Shown here one piece after another: positions 9,423 to 18,538 of a stretch of DNA of 64,000 nt. The DNA lies in the NCBI GenBank assembly GCA_041946865.1, contig JBHGBF010000015.1, positions 1,371 to 65,370 on the forward strand. The letters are read 5' to 3'. The position numbers and the translations under genes were made by a program. The DNA comes from Acidobacteriota bacterium (GTDB lineage: Bacteria > Acidobacteriota > UBA6911 > RPQK01). Position 1 is the first letter of the stretch. Every line of letters begins with the position of its first letter. The notes beneath the pieces were generated by a model. It did not search any database and was not told where the DNA came from. It saw only the letters and a program-made list of their open reading frames with translations.

Positions 9423-10996
9423 TCCACCCGAAACCTCCGGTATATCCCGACAGGGCGAGCCGCTTGTCGAAGTCCGAGAAGACTCACCAGCAGGAGCGGT
9501 TGTCGATTCTGCTCGGTAATTCCGTTCGCTCCGCCGTCGGATGACAACTCCAACCTTTCGAGGAAGTCACGCGTCGTCGCTTCCGGCTCCGGGCGCGACA
9601 GGAGGCTGAACAAGACGAGCGCGCCGACGCCGGCCGACAGGGAAAACAGAAAGACGTTCGGATCCCAGGCGTCAAGACGCCGGTCCTGAAGGTGATAGAG
9701 GAGGAAATTCGTCGAAAAGGCGGCTGCCAGACTGGCGATGGCCCCCCAACGGTTGGCCCGCTGCCAGATCAGTCCTCCGACAATGCTGATCCCGATGTAG
9801 GTGGCCATCGTTTCGGTGAGCAGGAAGGAATAAAGAACACGATCGATCAGAAACAAGGCGTAGAGAACAGCCAGGAGAGTCACTGACAACCCGCTGACTC
9901 GCCCGACCCAGAGATAGTGACCGTCTGTGGCGCCGGTGACCAGGTACCTTCGGTAAAGACTCTGGGTGAAGAGAGCGCCCGCGTCGACCATAAACGCCGA
10001 GCAGGCGGCCATGCCGGCGGCCAGCACGCAGGCGATCAGCAAACCCAGCAGCCCAGGAAAAAGCAGGTGGCGGGCGGCAAAACCAAAGGCGTCCTCGGGA
10101 TCGGCAAGGGAGTATACGCCGAAGGTTCCCTTCGCGACCAGGGCGGCCACGAGCAGACCCACGATGGTCCAGCCCACTGTGCAGAACCGCTTCACCAAAT
10201 TGCCGTAGAAAAACCCGCGCCGGCAACTGATTTCGTCCCTCCCCGTCCCGACCGAAGCCATGACGTGGGGCATAGCCATAATCCCGATCAGGCCGTTGAG
10301 CGTGAGCATGACGATCGTCCAGAGGTCGATGCCTGCGGGTGTCACCACAGAGAACCGATCCGCAGGGAGCAAGGACTTCATTTCCCGCATGCCGCCGACC
10401 AGCGGCCAGCCGAGGGGGATCAGCAGGAAGGAGAGCGTGACAATCAACACCCCCTGAACCAACATGTTCCAAGCTGTGGCAACCAATCCGCCTGCGAAGC
10501 TATAGAGCACGAAGATGGCCGTCATCGCAATCACCACCTGGTTGGCGCCAACCTCGCCGCCCAGAGCCTGGTTCACGACCTTACCGGCCCCCTTCAGCAG
10601 GGTGGCGGTCGTAATCGTGAAGTAAGAGAGCGCGAAAACGGTGTATATGGCAGCCATCTGGGCGCCAAAGCGGTCCTCGACGAGTTCTGCCGTCGTGGTG
10701 CGGCGGCTCCTGCGAAAAACAGGCGCCATGATCCAGTAAAACGGAGTCGCAAAGAGGTTCTTCCATTGGTACCAAATTGCTGAGGCGCCGCTCGTATAGA
10801 CAGCACCCGACACGGCTACGATCATTTCCGGGTGGGTTCCGACGCTGAGGCTTTGCCCGACCATGACCCAGGGGCTAAAACGCCGATGGCCCAGGAAGTA
10901 CGCTTGGGTTCCCTTCACCTTCAGGCTGCTGAGGACACCGATCACCGCGACAATCAGGAAGTAGGCGCAAAGTACCAGCCAGTCAAGAAGGCTCAT
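9347..10996 (-). CDS. sodium:solute symporter family transporter
   Basis: About 550 aa and polytopic. The N-terminus MSLLDWLVLCAYFLIVAVIGV...AYFLGHRRFSPW and the motif RRTTTAELVEDRFG are typical of the SSF family. The start is placed at ATG 10996; an upstream TTG at 11020 is possible. Confidence 0.8.
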   Translation of the reverse strand: MSLLDWLVLCAYFLIVAVIGVLSSLKVKGTQAYFLGHRRFSPWVMVGQSLSVGTHPEMIVAVSGAVYTSGASAIWYQWKNLFATPFYWIMAPVFRRSRRTTTAELVEDRFGAQMAAIYTVFALSYFTITTATLLKGAGKVVNQALGGEVGANQVVIAMTAIFVLYSFAGGLVATAWNMLVQGVLIVTLSFLLIPLGWPLVGGMREMKSLLPADRFSVVTPAGIDLWTIVMLTLNGLIGIMAMPHVMASVGTGRDEISCRRGFFYGNLVKRFCTVGWTIVGLLVAALVAKGTFGVYSLADPEDAFGFAARHLLFPGLLGLLIACVLAAGMAACSAFMVDAGALFTQSLYRRYLVTGATDGHYLWVGRVSGLSVTLLAVLYALFLIDRVLYSFLLTETMATYIGISIVGGLIWQRANRWGAIASLAAAFSTNFLLYHLQDRRLDAWDPNVFLFSLSAGVGALVLFSLLSRPEPEATTRDFLERLELSSDGGANGITEQNRQPLLLVSLLGLRQAARPVGIYRRFRVEWLGLLQGFLLVFALVGLTWMILRR

Positions 10997-11479
10997 AGCG
11001 TTGTTCCATATGTGCAGCAACGGGTTTCAGAACCGGCGTCGGGGCTGGATCGGCTGCTCGCTGACAGTCCGGAATGGCTGGATTCCACACTCATACGATT
11101 GGCTGTACTCGTCTCGCTTCATTCATTCACTTTCACTGCCCGGTGGCCGGCCGACTGACCCCGCCTGCACTCGCTGGTCGCTCAGTGAACCGCGTCATGA
11201 TACCGCGTTGTCGGGCCTCTTCGTCAGGATTCGAACAGGCCGTGTTCCGCGCAGGGAGTTTCCATAGGTCCAGACCCCAGCGCGAGCAGACCTGAACGAA
11301 CCGTCGAATGGAGTCGAAGATACTCTCCGCTCCCCGGCCGGATCACGCCAGCGTCGGTCAGTTAGACCTCTCAGGGCTTCGAGTGTGATCGGGGCGGCTG
11401 ATCCTGTTGGCCGGCGCCTCCGCGGATGCGGCATCGTGGTCTGCCCTTTGCGTGGGATCCGTTCTTGACGCTTCGCTCG

Positions 11480-11615
11480 AAACTCAACTTCTCCCCGACT
11501 GGTTGCAGCCGTTACTGACTTTCGCCTATATTACAGGCTGGCGAATCCGGAGCGAGGTCAAGGACCCTGGAGTGGCGCCAGGTCGATTCCCAGGCCGGTC
11601 GGGTCCAAGCTTGAC
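11480..11615 (+). pseudogene. tyrosine recombinase (phage-integrase family) remnant
   Basis: LQPLLTFAYITGWRIRSEV is followed, after a frame change, by TLEWRQVDSQAGRV. This resembles the integrase core-binding/catalytic junction (l.lal.TGlR.sE...L.W.dvD...g.i). Only about 45 aa are recognisable, and the catalytic C-terminus is missing. Confidence 0.3.
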
Positions 11616-11764
11616 CCCGCGCGGCCGAGGGAGACCCTGAGTCGACAGCAGCCCCCTGGATGCCTGCGTCGCCGATGAGGGTGAGAACGTGACGGGCACA
11701 GTACGGGTCAAGTCGGCAACCGTTCTGGCAAGTCCAAACGTGTAAGTCCTTCAAAATCAACCGC

Positions 11765-11841
<77 letters not shown>

Positions 11842-12585
11842 GATAAACGTAATAACCGCAATGGTTTGCTTTGATGATTCGGGGGCGTTTTCCGGCGATT
11901 GTGCCCGTGAACTTCTGAAAGTACGCTTGGATCCGTCTGCCGCAAGCCGCAGCTCGCCACTGGCGACAACGCTCTTTGTCGCACCCGTTTGTCTACAGCT
12001 CCTGCATCTCTCGTGCTCTCCGTCGGTGCTTGACCGTCATCGCTTGAACGAAGGGGGCCGGTGTCGGCAACCAGGCGTTTCACTGAGCCTTCTGCTGCAA
12101 AGCCCGGGCACCCATGTGATTCATTTTCAGCCGGAGGACGTGGGCGGTTACAGAGATACGGTCCTGTACGTTTTCGACGCCCCAAACGCTGACCTGTTTG
12201 TGCTGGATCAGACTTTGAAGCTGTACGATGAGGCCCACAACGAACTGCCCCTTCAGTATTCGGTCAACTGGGCTAGCCCAGGAACGACGTCGGGATTATA
12301 CACCGCGGCCCAACACCAGCTTGGCCAAGACTCAGTCTCTCCGAGATTAGTCGGCAGACCTCTTGTTGGTGAGCCGTAAGAGCATGGCTTCAGCGCCTCG
12401 CTTCTGACGAAGGCTTCGCGGTCCCCGTACCGTTCGATATAACCGAGGAGCCTCAGGGCATCGCGCGGCGACTTAGACAACGCCCGGGGGGCAAGGAACC
12501 GGAGACATCGGTCCCTGTAGAGTCCCGCGAGTCGGCAACTTTGCGACTCGAGCGTTATAGCGAGTGTGGAAGCGGCGCTCGGACA

Positions 12586-13854
12586 CTACTCTTTCCTGCC
12601 CGAGACTTTCGCCGCGGCCCGCCGGATCCCGGTCACCATGTCCTGAATGTTCTGCTCAGTCAGGCGCGGGTGCATCGGGAGGTTAAGCTCCCTGCGATAG
12701 AAGAACTCCTCGGCCATCGGACACAAGTGCGCTTCGTAGCCCATCCGTTTCCAGCCGGTCAGGTCATAGGTTGGCTGGTAGTGGAGAATCCCCTGGACCC
12801 CTTCCTCCCGGTAGAGCACCCGGAGGAAATCGTCCCGACTGGCTCCCAGTTCCTCCTCCTCGATGCACAGCGTGTAGAGGTGATACACATGAAGGCAGTT
12901 CGGGTCTTCGCACACCGGCGTCAGGCCCGGGATATCCTTTATTCCAGCCGTGATGGCCCTGCCGATTTCCCGTCGTTTCTCATTCAGTGCTGGAAGCTTG
13001 CGTAACTGTACGCGCCCGACGGCCGCCTGGATCTCGTTCATGCGGTAGTTGTTGCCCCAACGGCCGTTGACATCAACGACATCGAAATGGGACGGGAGCC
13101 AGTAATCAGTCTGATTCGGCCACGACTGAATGTTCATGCAGCGCAGCTTCTCGATGCCGTCCTTGAACTCGTCTCGGTTGGTTGTAATCATGCCGCCTTC
13201 GCCGCAGGTCGACATGTTCTTCAGCGAATGAAAGCTGAAACAGCCGATATCCGCGATGCTGCCCGCTTTGCGGCCCTTGTACTCCGCTCCGGGAGTGTGC
13301 GCGCAGTCTTCCAGAACATACAGGCCGTGTTTGCGGGCGATCTCCATGATCGGGTCCATGTCGCACATCTGCCCCCCGTAGTGCACGACATAGATCGCCT
13401 TGGTCTTTCCGGTCACCTTCTTCGCGATCTCGGCCGGGTCGATGTTGAACGTCCAGGGACTGATATCCGCATACACCGGACGGCCGCCTTCTTTCACTAT
13501 CACCAGCGACGTGGCGACAAAGGTGTTAGGCGTGACGATAATCTCGTCACCGGGCCCGATGCCAAACACTTGTGTCGCAACGTGCATGGCGGTGGTGCAG
13601 TTTGACACGGCAAAAGCATGCTTGACGCCGCACATCTCGGCGAACTCCTTTTGAAAGGCGGCAACCTGGGGCCCCATCGTAAGGGTGTCCTGTTCCATGG
13701 CCCTGGCAGCCGCCCTCTTCTCCTCCTCGCCGTAAATCGACCCCAGGAATGAGTAAGGGACCTTCAGAACCACACCATCGTCCGCCGCATAGCTGCTCGT
13801 TATACCGCCTTCCGATTCCGCGCTGCTATTTGTCTCAATGTCCGTTTCGTGCAT
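12586..13854 (-). CDS. DegT/DnrJ/EryC1/StrS-family PLP-dependent aminotransferase
   Basis: Family-typical motifs are GPQVAAFQKEFAEMCGVKHAFAVSNCTTAMH, GDEIIVTPNTFVAT and SFHSLKNMSTCGEGGMITTN (PLP lysine). ATG 13854 is preceded by GGAGGG. Confidence 0.85.
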   Translation of the reverse strand: MHETDIETNSSAESEGGITSSYAADDGVVLKVPYSFLGSIYGEEEKRAAARAMEQDTLTMGPQVAAFQKEFAEMCGVKHAFAVSNCTTAMHVATQVFGIGPGDEIIVTPNTFVATSLVIVKEGGRPVYADISPWTFNIDPAEIAKKVTGKTKAIYVVHYGGQMCDMDPIMEIARKHGLYVLEDCAHTPGAEYKGRKAGSIADIGCFSFHSLKNMSTCGEGGMITTNRDEFKDGIEKLRCMNIQSWPNQTDYWLPSHFDVVDVNGRWGNNYRMNEIQAAVGRVQLRKLPALNEKRREIGRAITAGIKDIPGLTPVCEDPNCLHVYHLYTLCIEEEELGASRDDFLRVLYREEGVQGILHYQPTYDLTGWKRMGYEAHLCPMAEEFFYRRELNLPMHPRLTEQNIQDMVTGIRRAAAKVSGRKE

Positions 13855-13874
13855 AGGTCCCTCCAACTCGGGTC

Positions 13875-14915
13875 TTAGCCTAGTGTGTGTACAACCCCGG
13901 TCCTGGACGATTCATACGCCATCTCGACGACGCGCAGGATATGGACGCCGCGCCCGGCATCGAGGTTCGCCCTTTTCCCCGTCAGGACGGCGTGTGCAAA
14001 CGCCTCGAATTCACAGGCATACGGGTTGACCCGTTCAAACGGTTCCTCGCGAAAATTCGACTCGACATCCTTCAATTGGCCGGCTTCATAGCCTTTGTTC
14101 CCTGCTTTTTCGGTGTAGACCTCCAGTTTGCCGTCACTCCCTTGTCCGATCGTCCCCTCGGCAAGGACGGCGCCTCGGCTTCCGTAAATCTCCAGCCTGG
14201 TTCGCGAGGCGGCATCGGGAACGCAAAAGAAAGTATCGACTGTGGCCTGGCACCCGGATTCGAGCTCGAGAAGAGTCGTCGCGCTGTCTTCGACCTCGTA
14301 GTCGTGAACCTGAGTGCGCGTGAGAGCGGCGACTTTGACAATCGGGCCTAGAAACATCTCCAGGAGGTCAAAGAGATGAGTGCCCATGTCTATCAGGGCA
14401 CCACCTCCGCCGGATTCGAAATGCTGGCGCCAGGCATTGCGCATTGGCGGATACCAGCAGGCCAGTTGCGCCCGGGCGTATACAGGCTTGCCGATCATCC
14501 CGCTCGAGATGATCTCCTTGATGCGCCGGTGCGCTCCGTGAAACCGCATCATGTAGCCTTCCTGCAGGGCGACACCCGCCTTCTCGCAGGCTGTCACGGC
14601 TTCTTCAGCCTGGCTGGAGGTCAGGCACATCGGTTTTTCAACAAAGACATGCTTACCTGCCAGCGCCGCGCGTTTGATCTGCCCCAGGTGCAAGTGAACC
14701 GGCGTGGCAACATAAACCGCCTCCACGTCCGGCTGGGCAAAAAGCGCCTCTTCCCGGTCATGGAACGGCACCCCGTACTTCCGTCCCAGCGCGTCGGCCT
14801 TGACGAGATCCATCACAGCGGCCAACTCGCAGCTCGGAGCCTCGAGCAGACCTGCAAGGGATCTCCGGTCGGCGATGCCGCCCGCACCTATCACACCAAA
14901 ACGGAGTTTTTTCAT
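13875..14915 (-). CDS. Gfo/Idh/MocA-family NAD(P)-dependent oxidoreductase (cytoplasmic)
   Basis: MKKLRFGVIGAGGIA Rossmann N-terminus and the HVFVEKPM motif. It lies 20 nt upstream of the DegT gene on the same strand. Confidence 0.85.
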   Translation of the reverse strand: MKKLRFGVIGAGGIADRRSLAGLLEAPSCELAAVMDLVKADALGRKYGVPFHDREEALFAQPDVEAVYVATPVHLHLGQIKRAALAGKHVFVEKPMCLTSSQAEEAVTACEKAGVALQEGYMMRFHGAHRRIKEIISSGMIGKPVYARAQLACWYPPMRNAWRQHFESGGGGALIDMGTHLFDLLEMFLGPIVKVAALTRTQVHDYEVEDSATTLLELESGCQATVDTFFCVPDAASRTRLEIYGSRGAVLAEGTIGQGSDGKLEVYTEKAGNKGYEAGQLKDVESNFREEPFERVNPYACEFEAFAHAVLTGKRANLDAGRGVHILRVVEMAYESSRTGVVHTLG

Positions 14916-15026
14916 AGTGTCCTCTAGTCCCCACAAAACGCGAACGAAACGAGCGCTGGGAGTGCGCAGGCCATCCTTTTGAACATCACACGGACCTCGA
15001 ACCCACTGGGCGTGGCGCTGACACCT

Positions 15027-15138
15027 GCGCGACCCCGCTGATCGCTGCCTGCTGACCGCTGCGCACTACCCACTACCCGGTGCCCATTACCCGCTGGCTA
15101 GCGCACCGGGTAGCGGTCAGCGGTCAGCGGGGTCGCGC
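15027..15138. repeat. long imperfect palindrome, CAGCGGTCAGC/GATCGCTGCC REP-like family
   Basis: GCGCGACCCCGCTGATCGCTGCCTGCTGACCGCTGCGC... pairs with ...GCGCACCGGGTAGCGGTCAGCGGTCAGCGGGGTCGCGC. About 38 positions pair, with a few mismatches. It lies just 3' of the receptor gene stop (15172). Confidence 0.8.
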
Positions 15139-15171
15139 TCACGGCACTCTGGGGAGGTGATCCAGACCGCC

Positions 15172-18100
15172 TCACCACCTCAGGCGCAGGCGGACCTGCA
15201 TATTTCGGGCCGCACCCGACTCCAGACTATCGACAAGCGCGCTGATTCTCCCGACATTCGTTGGATTCGAAAGGTTAGACACCGGATTCGCGAAGTTCGG
15301 GTGGTTTAACAGGTTACGGACAGCCAGTTCGAGCATCAGCGTCAGCTCTTCGTGTATCCTGAAGTTCTTGGCGAGGCCCAGGTGAAGGGTCTTAAGCCCG
15401 GGCCCTTCCAGGACATTCCTTCCGCAGTTGCCGAACCGGCCGGCGTTTGCCGGCGGAATCGCAAACGCGGCAATGTCGAAGTATCGGTCCACGGTCCAGT
15501 CCGGCAGCTTTCCGTCAGCGACCCGATCGGGCCTGCCTCCGATGCTATTCGTGTTGGAAGGGTCCAGAGTACCGAAGGTCGGGTTAAACCAGCGTCCGCT
15601 CTGGAGGTACATCGTCCAGATAGTCTCCCAGCCGCCCAGGACATGATCCAAGTAGGACGGGACGGTTGACAGTGCGCGCCGCCCGCGTCCGACCGGGATT
15701 TGCCAGATCACGTTGCCGACGAAACGATGCTGGATCGCGTATGGCTCGCGGCCCTTCTCGGCCTGCCGGTCATACGGGTTTTGCATTACCGCCCCGGCAT
15801 CCCGATACCCGCTGTCCTGGACGTCGGAGATGTTGTTGGCCCAGGTATAGCCAAAATCGAAGGACAGGCTGCTAAACCGCCTCCTCGCCTCCAGCTGCAA
15901 GGCGTCGTAATAGGCATTGCCGCCTCGATCGTTGTACAGGATACCTTTGAATGCGGGATAGGGACGGCGATTTTGAGCGAAGGGGGTAGTACTGGGCAAC
16001 GGCTTGTTAATGTCGCGCCTGAGAACAAGCTGATTGCTTCGCGATCCCATATAAGAGACGCGGAAACCCGTCTGATGCCACTCCTTCTCAAGCGAAAGGT
16101 TCCACTGGTGGATCACAGGACTCAGCAGGTCTGGATTTACGGCTTCGATCACCGGCTCGGCTGTCGACGGTCCTGCCGGAGTCTGACCGAAGGGCTGCGG
16201 GAAGGAAAACGCCGCTTTGCCGGCCGTGATCTTGTTCGTGTAAATCTCATCACCCGGGGTAAACGGCCCCTTCAAGGAATTGTCGAGGATCCCCGTTCCC
16301 AGGCGATCGAAGAACATGCCGAAACCGGCACGAATAACAAAATCGTTTGACTGCGTCGGGCGGAAGGCGAAGCCGATTCGCGGCGCAAAGTTGTTCTTGT
16401 CGGCCCTCCAGAGTGACGACACCGGAAACTGCGAGCCGTCTGCCACCCGGATTCCGATCGACTTATTGAACAGGGGGCTGACCTGCGACAAAGCCTGCTG
16501 TGAGGCAAGGATCAGCTGGCCCGACGCCGGGTCGAAGTTGTACATCGTATCGCGGAGATGGCTTACCGGGGTCTCGTACTCATACCGGACGCCAAGTTGC
16601 AGCGTGAGCCGGGGACTGATTCTGAACTCGTCATTCAGAAAGAAACCCCAGTCGGTCTGGCGGCGGTAATCGGCAGGCGCTGGAAAAGTCTTCGCAGTCT
16701 GCTGAGGTATGCCCAGAAGGAAGTCCGCGTAGGCGACCTGCGTGTAGATTCCGGTGAAGCTATAGGCCCCGTAAGTCTGTGGCGGAATCAGGAAGGAGTT
16801 CGGATGCTCCCGCCTCACATCCAAACCGAACTTCCAGGTGTGGTCGCCCCGGATCCAGGTCATCGAGTCACTTAACTGGTGCATCTGCTCGGCGAGTCCC
16901 GCCTGCTCGATCTGAGTCAACTGCTGCATCCCCGTAATCGAGATAACGGGAATCCCGTAGGCGTCCGGTACGTTCTGTATCCCCTGAATGCCCATGGCCG
17001 ACAGGACCTCCAGGCCGCGTTGCGGACCGTGGTACTGATTGAAGCTCCGGTGGTAACCAATGCGGAACTCGTTGATCAGCTGCCCGGAGAACGAGTGAGT
17101 GTCAGAAAAGATCGCGCTTCTCAAGTTGCGCAACTGGCTCCTGGGCCCGATCGTCGGCAGATTGCCCTCCATACGGGCGACGTTGAATTGCACCCACCCG
17201 ACCCGGGCATACATGGTGTTATGGTCACTCAGCTTCTGATCAACGCGGAGATCGGCGTTGCCCGTCTTCACGGAATTGTCGAATATGATGCGGTGGTTCA
17301 GCTGCGCGAGGACCGCCGGATCTCCGTAATTGGGAAGCGGGAAGAAGCGCTCCTGGATACGCTTGGAAACCGGGTTGATCCGATCGGCTGGAATCTTCCT
17401 GTCTGGAAAAGCGACGTTCGTGAGCGGGTCCTTGATCGGCTTGAAGCTCGACGCGGAGAAGTCCCCGGCGCGCATGGCCGCTGTCGGGACATTGGCATTA
17501 ACGGTTGCAAAACCCGGGTTGAAGCCGCCGTCATAGGAAAGCATGACGAAGGTCTTGTCCTTGCCGTTGTAGAGCTTCGGAATCACAAGCGGCCCGCCAA
17601 GCCAGGCGCCGAAGGTGTGATCGTGTGCCGCTGCCTTGGTCGGCGCAAAGAACGGCCTCGCATTCAGCGCGCTGTTGGTGTGGTAGTAGCGAAGACTGCC
17701 GTGAAAATCGTTGGTGCCGCTCCTGGAGATCTGCTGCAGTATGGCCGGTTGCGAGTATTCGGCGCTGTTGTTGACCGCGAGGACCTTAAACTCACTGGTT
17801 CCTTCCATGGTCATGGTGCCGGACCCCAGCGGGGAACCTGCCGACGGAGTACCGATTCCATCGACATGGATCTCCATCTGCGAACCGCGGCTGCCGGCCA
17901 GCGAGTAAACAAAAGTGGCCGTGCCAGATACGAAATTCGGTAGTGATACCAGGGCTTCCCAAGGACGGCCGCCGGTTGAGACCGGTGACTTGATGTGGAG
18001 CTCGTAATCGATTGAGTTGGAGATCGAGGGCGTCTCACTCTCAATCAGTGGAGTCGTTGATTCGACTCGCACTTCATTGGCGACCTCCCCGATCTCCATC

Positions 18101-18417
18101 TGGACATCTATCCGCACCGTCCGGCCCGCATCCAGGACCACTCCCGGACGGACGAAACGCCGGAACCCGGTCATCTCGGCCGAGACGGTGTAGGTACCCG
18201 CCACCAGGTTAGCGATCTCGTAAGCCCCGGTTTCGTTGGTAAGAAATTCCCGCGTCCAGTTTGTGCCCTCGTTCAGCACGACAACCGCTACACCCGGGAT
18301 GACTCCTCCGGTGTTGTCGCGAACCGTCCCCACGATTCTGCCAAGATTGGTTTGGGCAAAGAGCCCGACGGACAGGAAGGTTGCCAAGACAGCTACGACC
18401 AGGACCGCTCTTCTCAT
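15172..18417 (-). CDS. TonB-dependent receptor with N-terminal carboxypeptidase-regulatory-like domain
   Basis: The signal peptide MRRAVLVVAVLATFLSVGLFAQ is followed by GRIVGTVRDNTGGVIPGVAVVVLNEGTN and AGTYTVSAEMTGF (CarboxypepD_reg), then a long beta-barrel ending RLRLRW. ATG 18417 is preceded by GGAGGTG. Confidence 0.85.
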   Translation of the reverse strand: MRRAVLVVAVLATFLSVGLFAQTNLGRIVGTVRDNTGGVIPGVAVVVLNEGTNWTREFLTNETGAYEIANLVAGTYTVSAEMTGFRRFVRPGVVLDAGRTVRIDVQMEIGEVANEVRVESTTPLIESETPSISNSIDYELHIKSPVSTGGRPWEALVSLPNFVSGTATFVYSLAGSRGSQMEIHVDGIGTPSAGSPLGSGTMTMEGTSEFKVLAVNNSAEYSQPAILQQISRSGTNDFHGSLRYYHTNSALNARPFFAPTKAAAHDHTFGAWLGGPLVIPKLYNGKDKTFVMLSYDGGFNPGFATVNANVPTAAMRAGDFSASSFKPIKDPLTNVAFPDRKIPADRINPVSKRIQERFFPLPNYGDPAVLAQLNHRIIFDNSVKTGNADLRVDQKLSDHNTMYARVGWVQFNVARMEGNLPTIGPRSQLRNLRSAIFSDTHSFSGQLINEFRIGYHRSFNQYHGPQRGLEVLSAMGIQGIQNVPDAYGIPVISITGMQQLTQIEQAGLAEQMHQLSDSMTWIRGDHTWKFGLDVRREHPNSFLIPPQTYGAYSFTGIYTQVAYADFLLGIPQQTAKTFPAPADYRRQTDWGFFLNDEFRISPRLTLQLGVRYEYETPVSHLRDTMYNFDPASGQLILASQQALSQVSPLFNKSIGIRVADGSQFPVSSLWRADKNNFAPRIGFAFRPTQSNDFVIRAGFGMFFDRLGTGILDNSLKGPFTPGDEIYTNKITAGKAAFSFPQPFGQTPAGPSTAEPVIEAVNPDLLSPVIHQWNLSLEKEWHQTGFRVSYMGSRSNQLVLRRDINKPLPSTTPFAQNRRPYPAFKGILYNDRGGNAYYDALQLEARRRFSSLSFDFGYTWANNISDVQDSGYRDAGAVMQNPYDRQAEKGREPYAIQHRFVGNVIWQIPVGRGRRALSTVPSYLDHVLGGWETIWTMYLQSGRWFNPTFGTLDPSNTNSIGGRPDRVADGKLPDWTVDRYFDIAAFAIPPANAGRFGNCGRNVLEGPGLKTLHLGLAKNFRIHEELTLMLELAVRNLLNHPNFANPVSNLSNPTNVGRISALVDSLESGAARNMQVRLRLRW

Positions 18418-18538
18418 CTCACACCTCCGTAGAGGTGCTGCTCCTGCCAGAGGTAGGCACGAATCTCCTCCCTCTATTCGCAGCATCCGTTCGACCTCAC
18501 GCTACTGCCGGTGCGCCGTGGTGTCAAGTGAAAAACTA

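Noticed and set aside
9672-10783. ORFs 9672..10472 (-) and 9917..10783 (+) inside the symporter gene
   Set aside because: These are out-of-frame or antisense overlaps of a well-supported polytopic transporter ORF. Their compositions (Arg/Gly/His-rich) are typical of shadow ORFs.
11195-11260. tRNA-like GGATTCGAAC motif suggesting a second (reverse-strand) tRNA or an att repeat
   Set aside because: The flanking bases cannot form a T-stem (CAGG on both sides), and no acceptor or anticodon arms can be drawn.
11861-12480. ORFs 11861..12379 (+, 172 aa) and 12253..12480 (-, 75 aa) downstream of the tRNA
   Set aside because: No RBS, no recognisable motifs, and the two overlap each other. They were left unannotated, although a small novel gene cannot be excluded.
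15352-17943. Several + strand ORFs (for example 15700..16350 and 16879..17943) within the TonB receptor gene
   Set aside because: These are antisense shadow ORFs. The minus-strand 1081-aa reading frame carries the receptor motifs, a signal peptide and an RBS.
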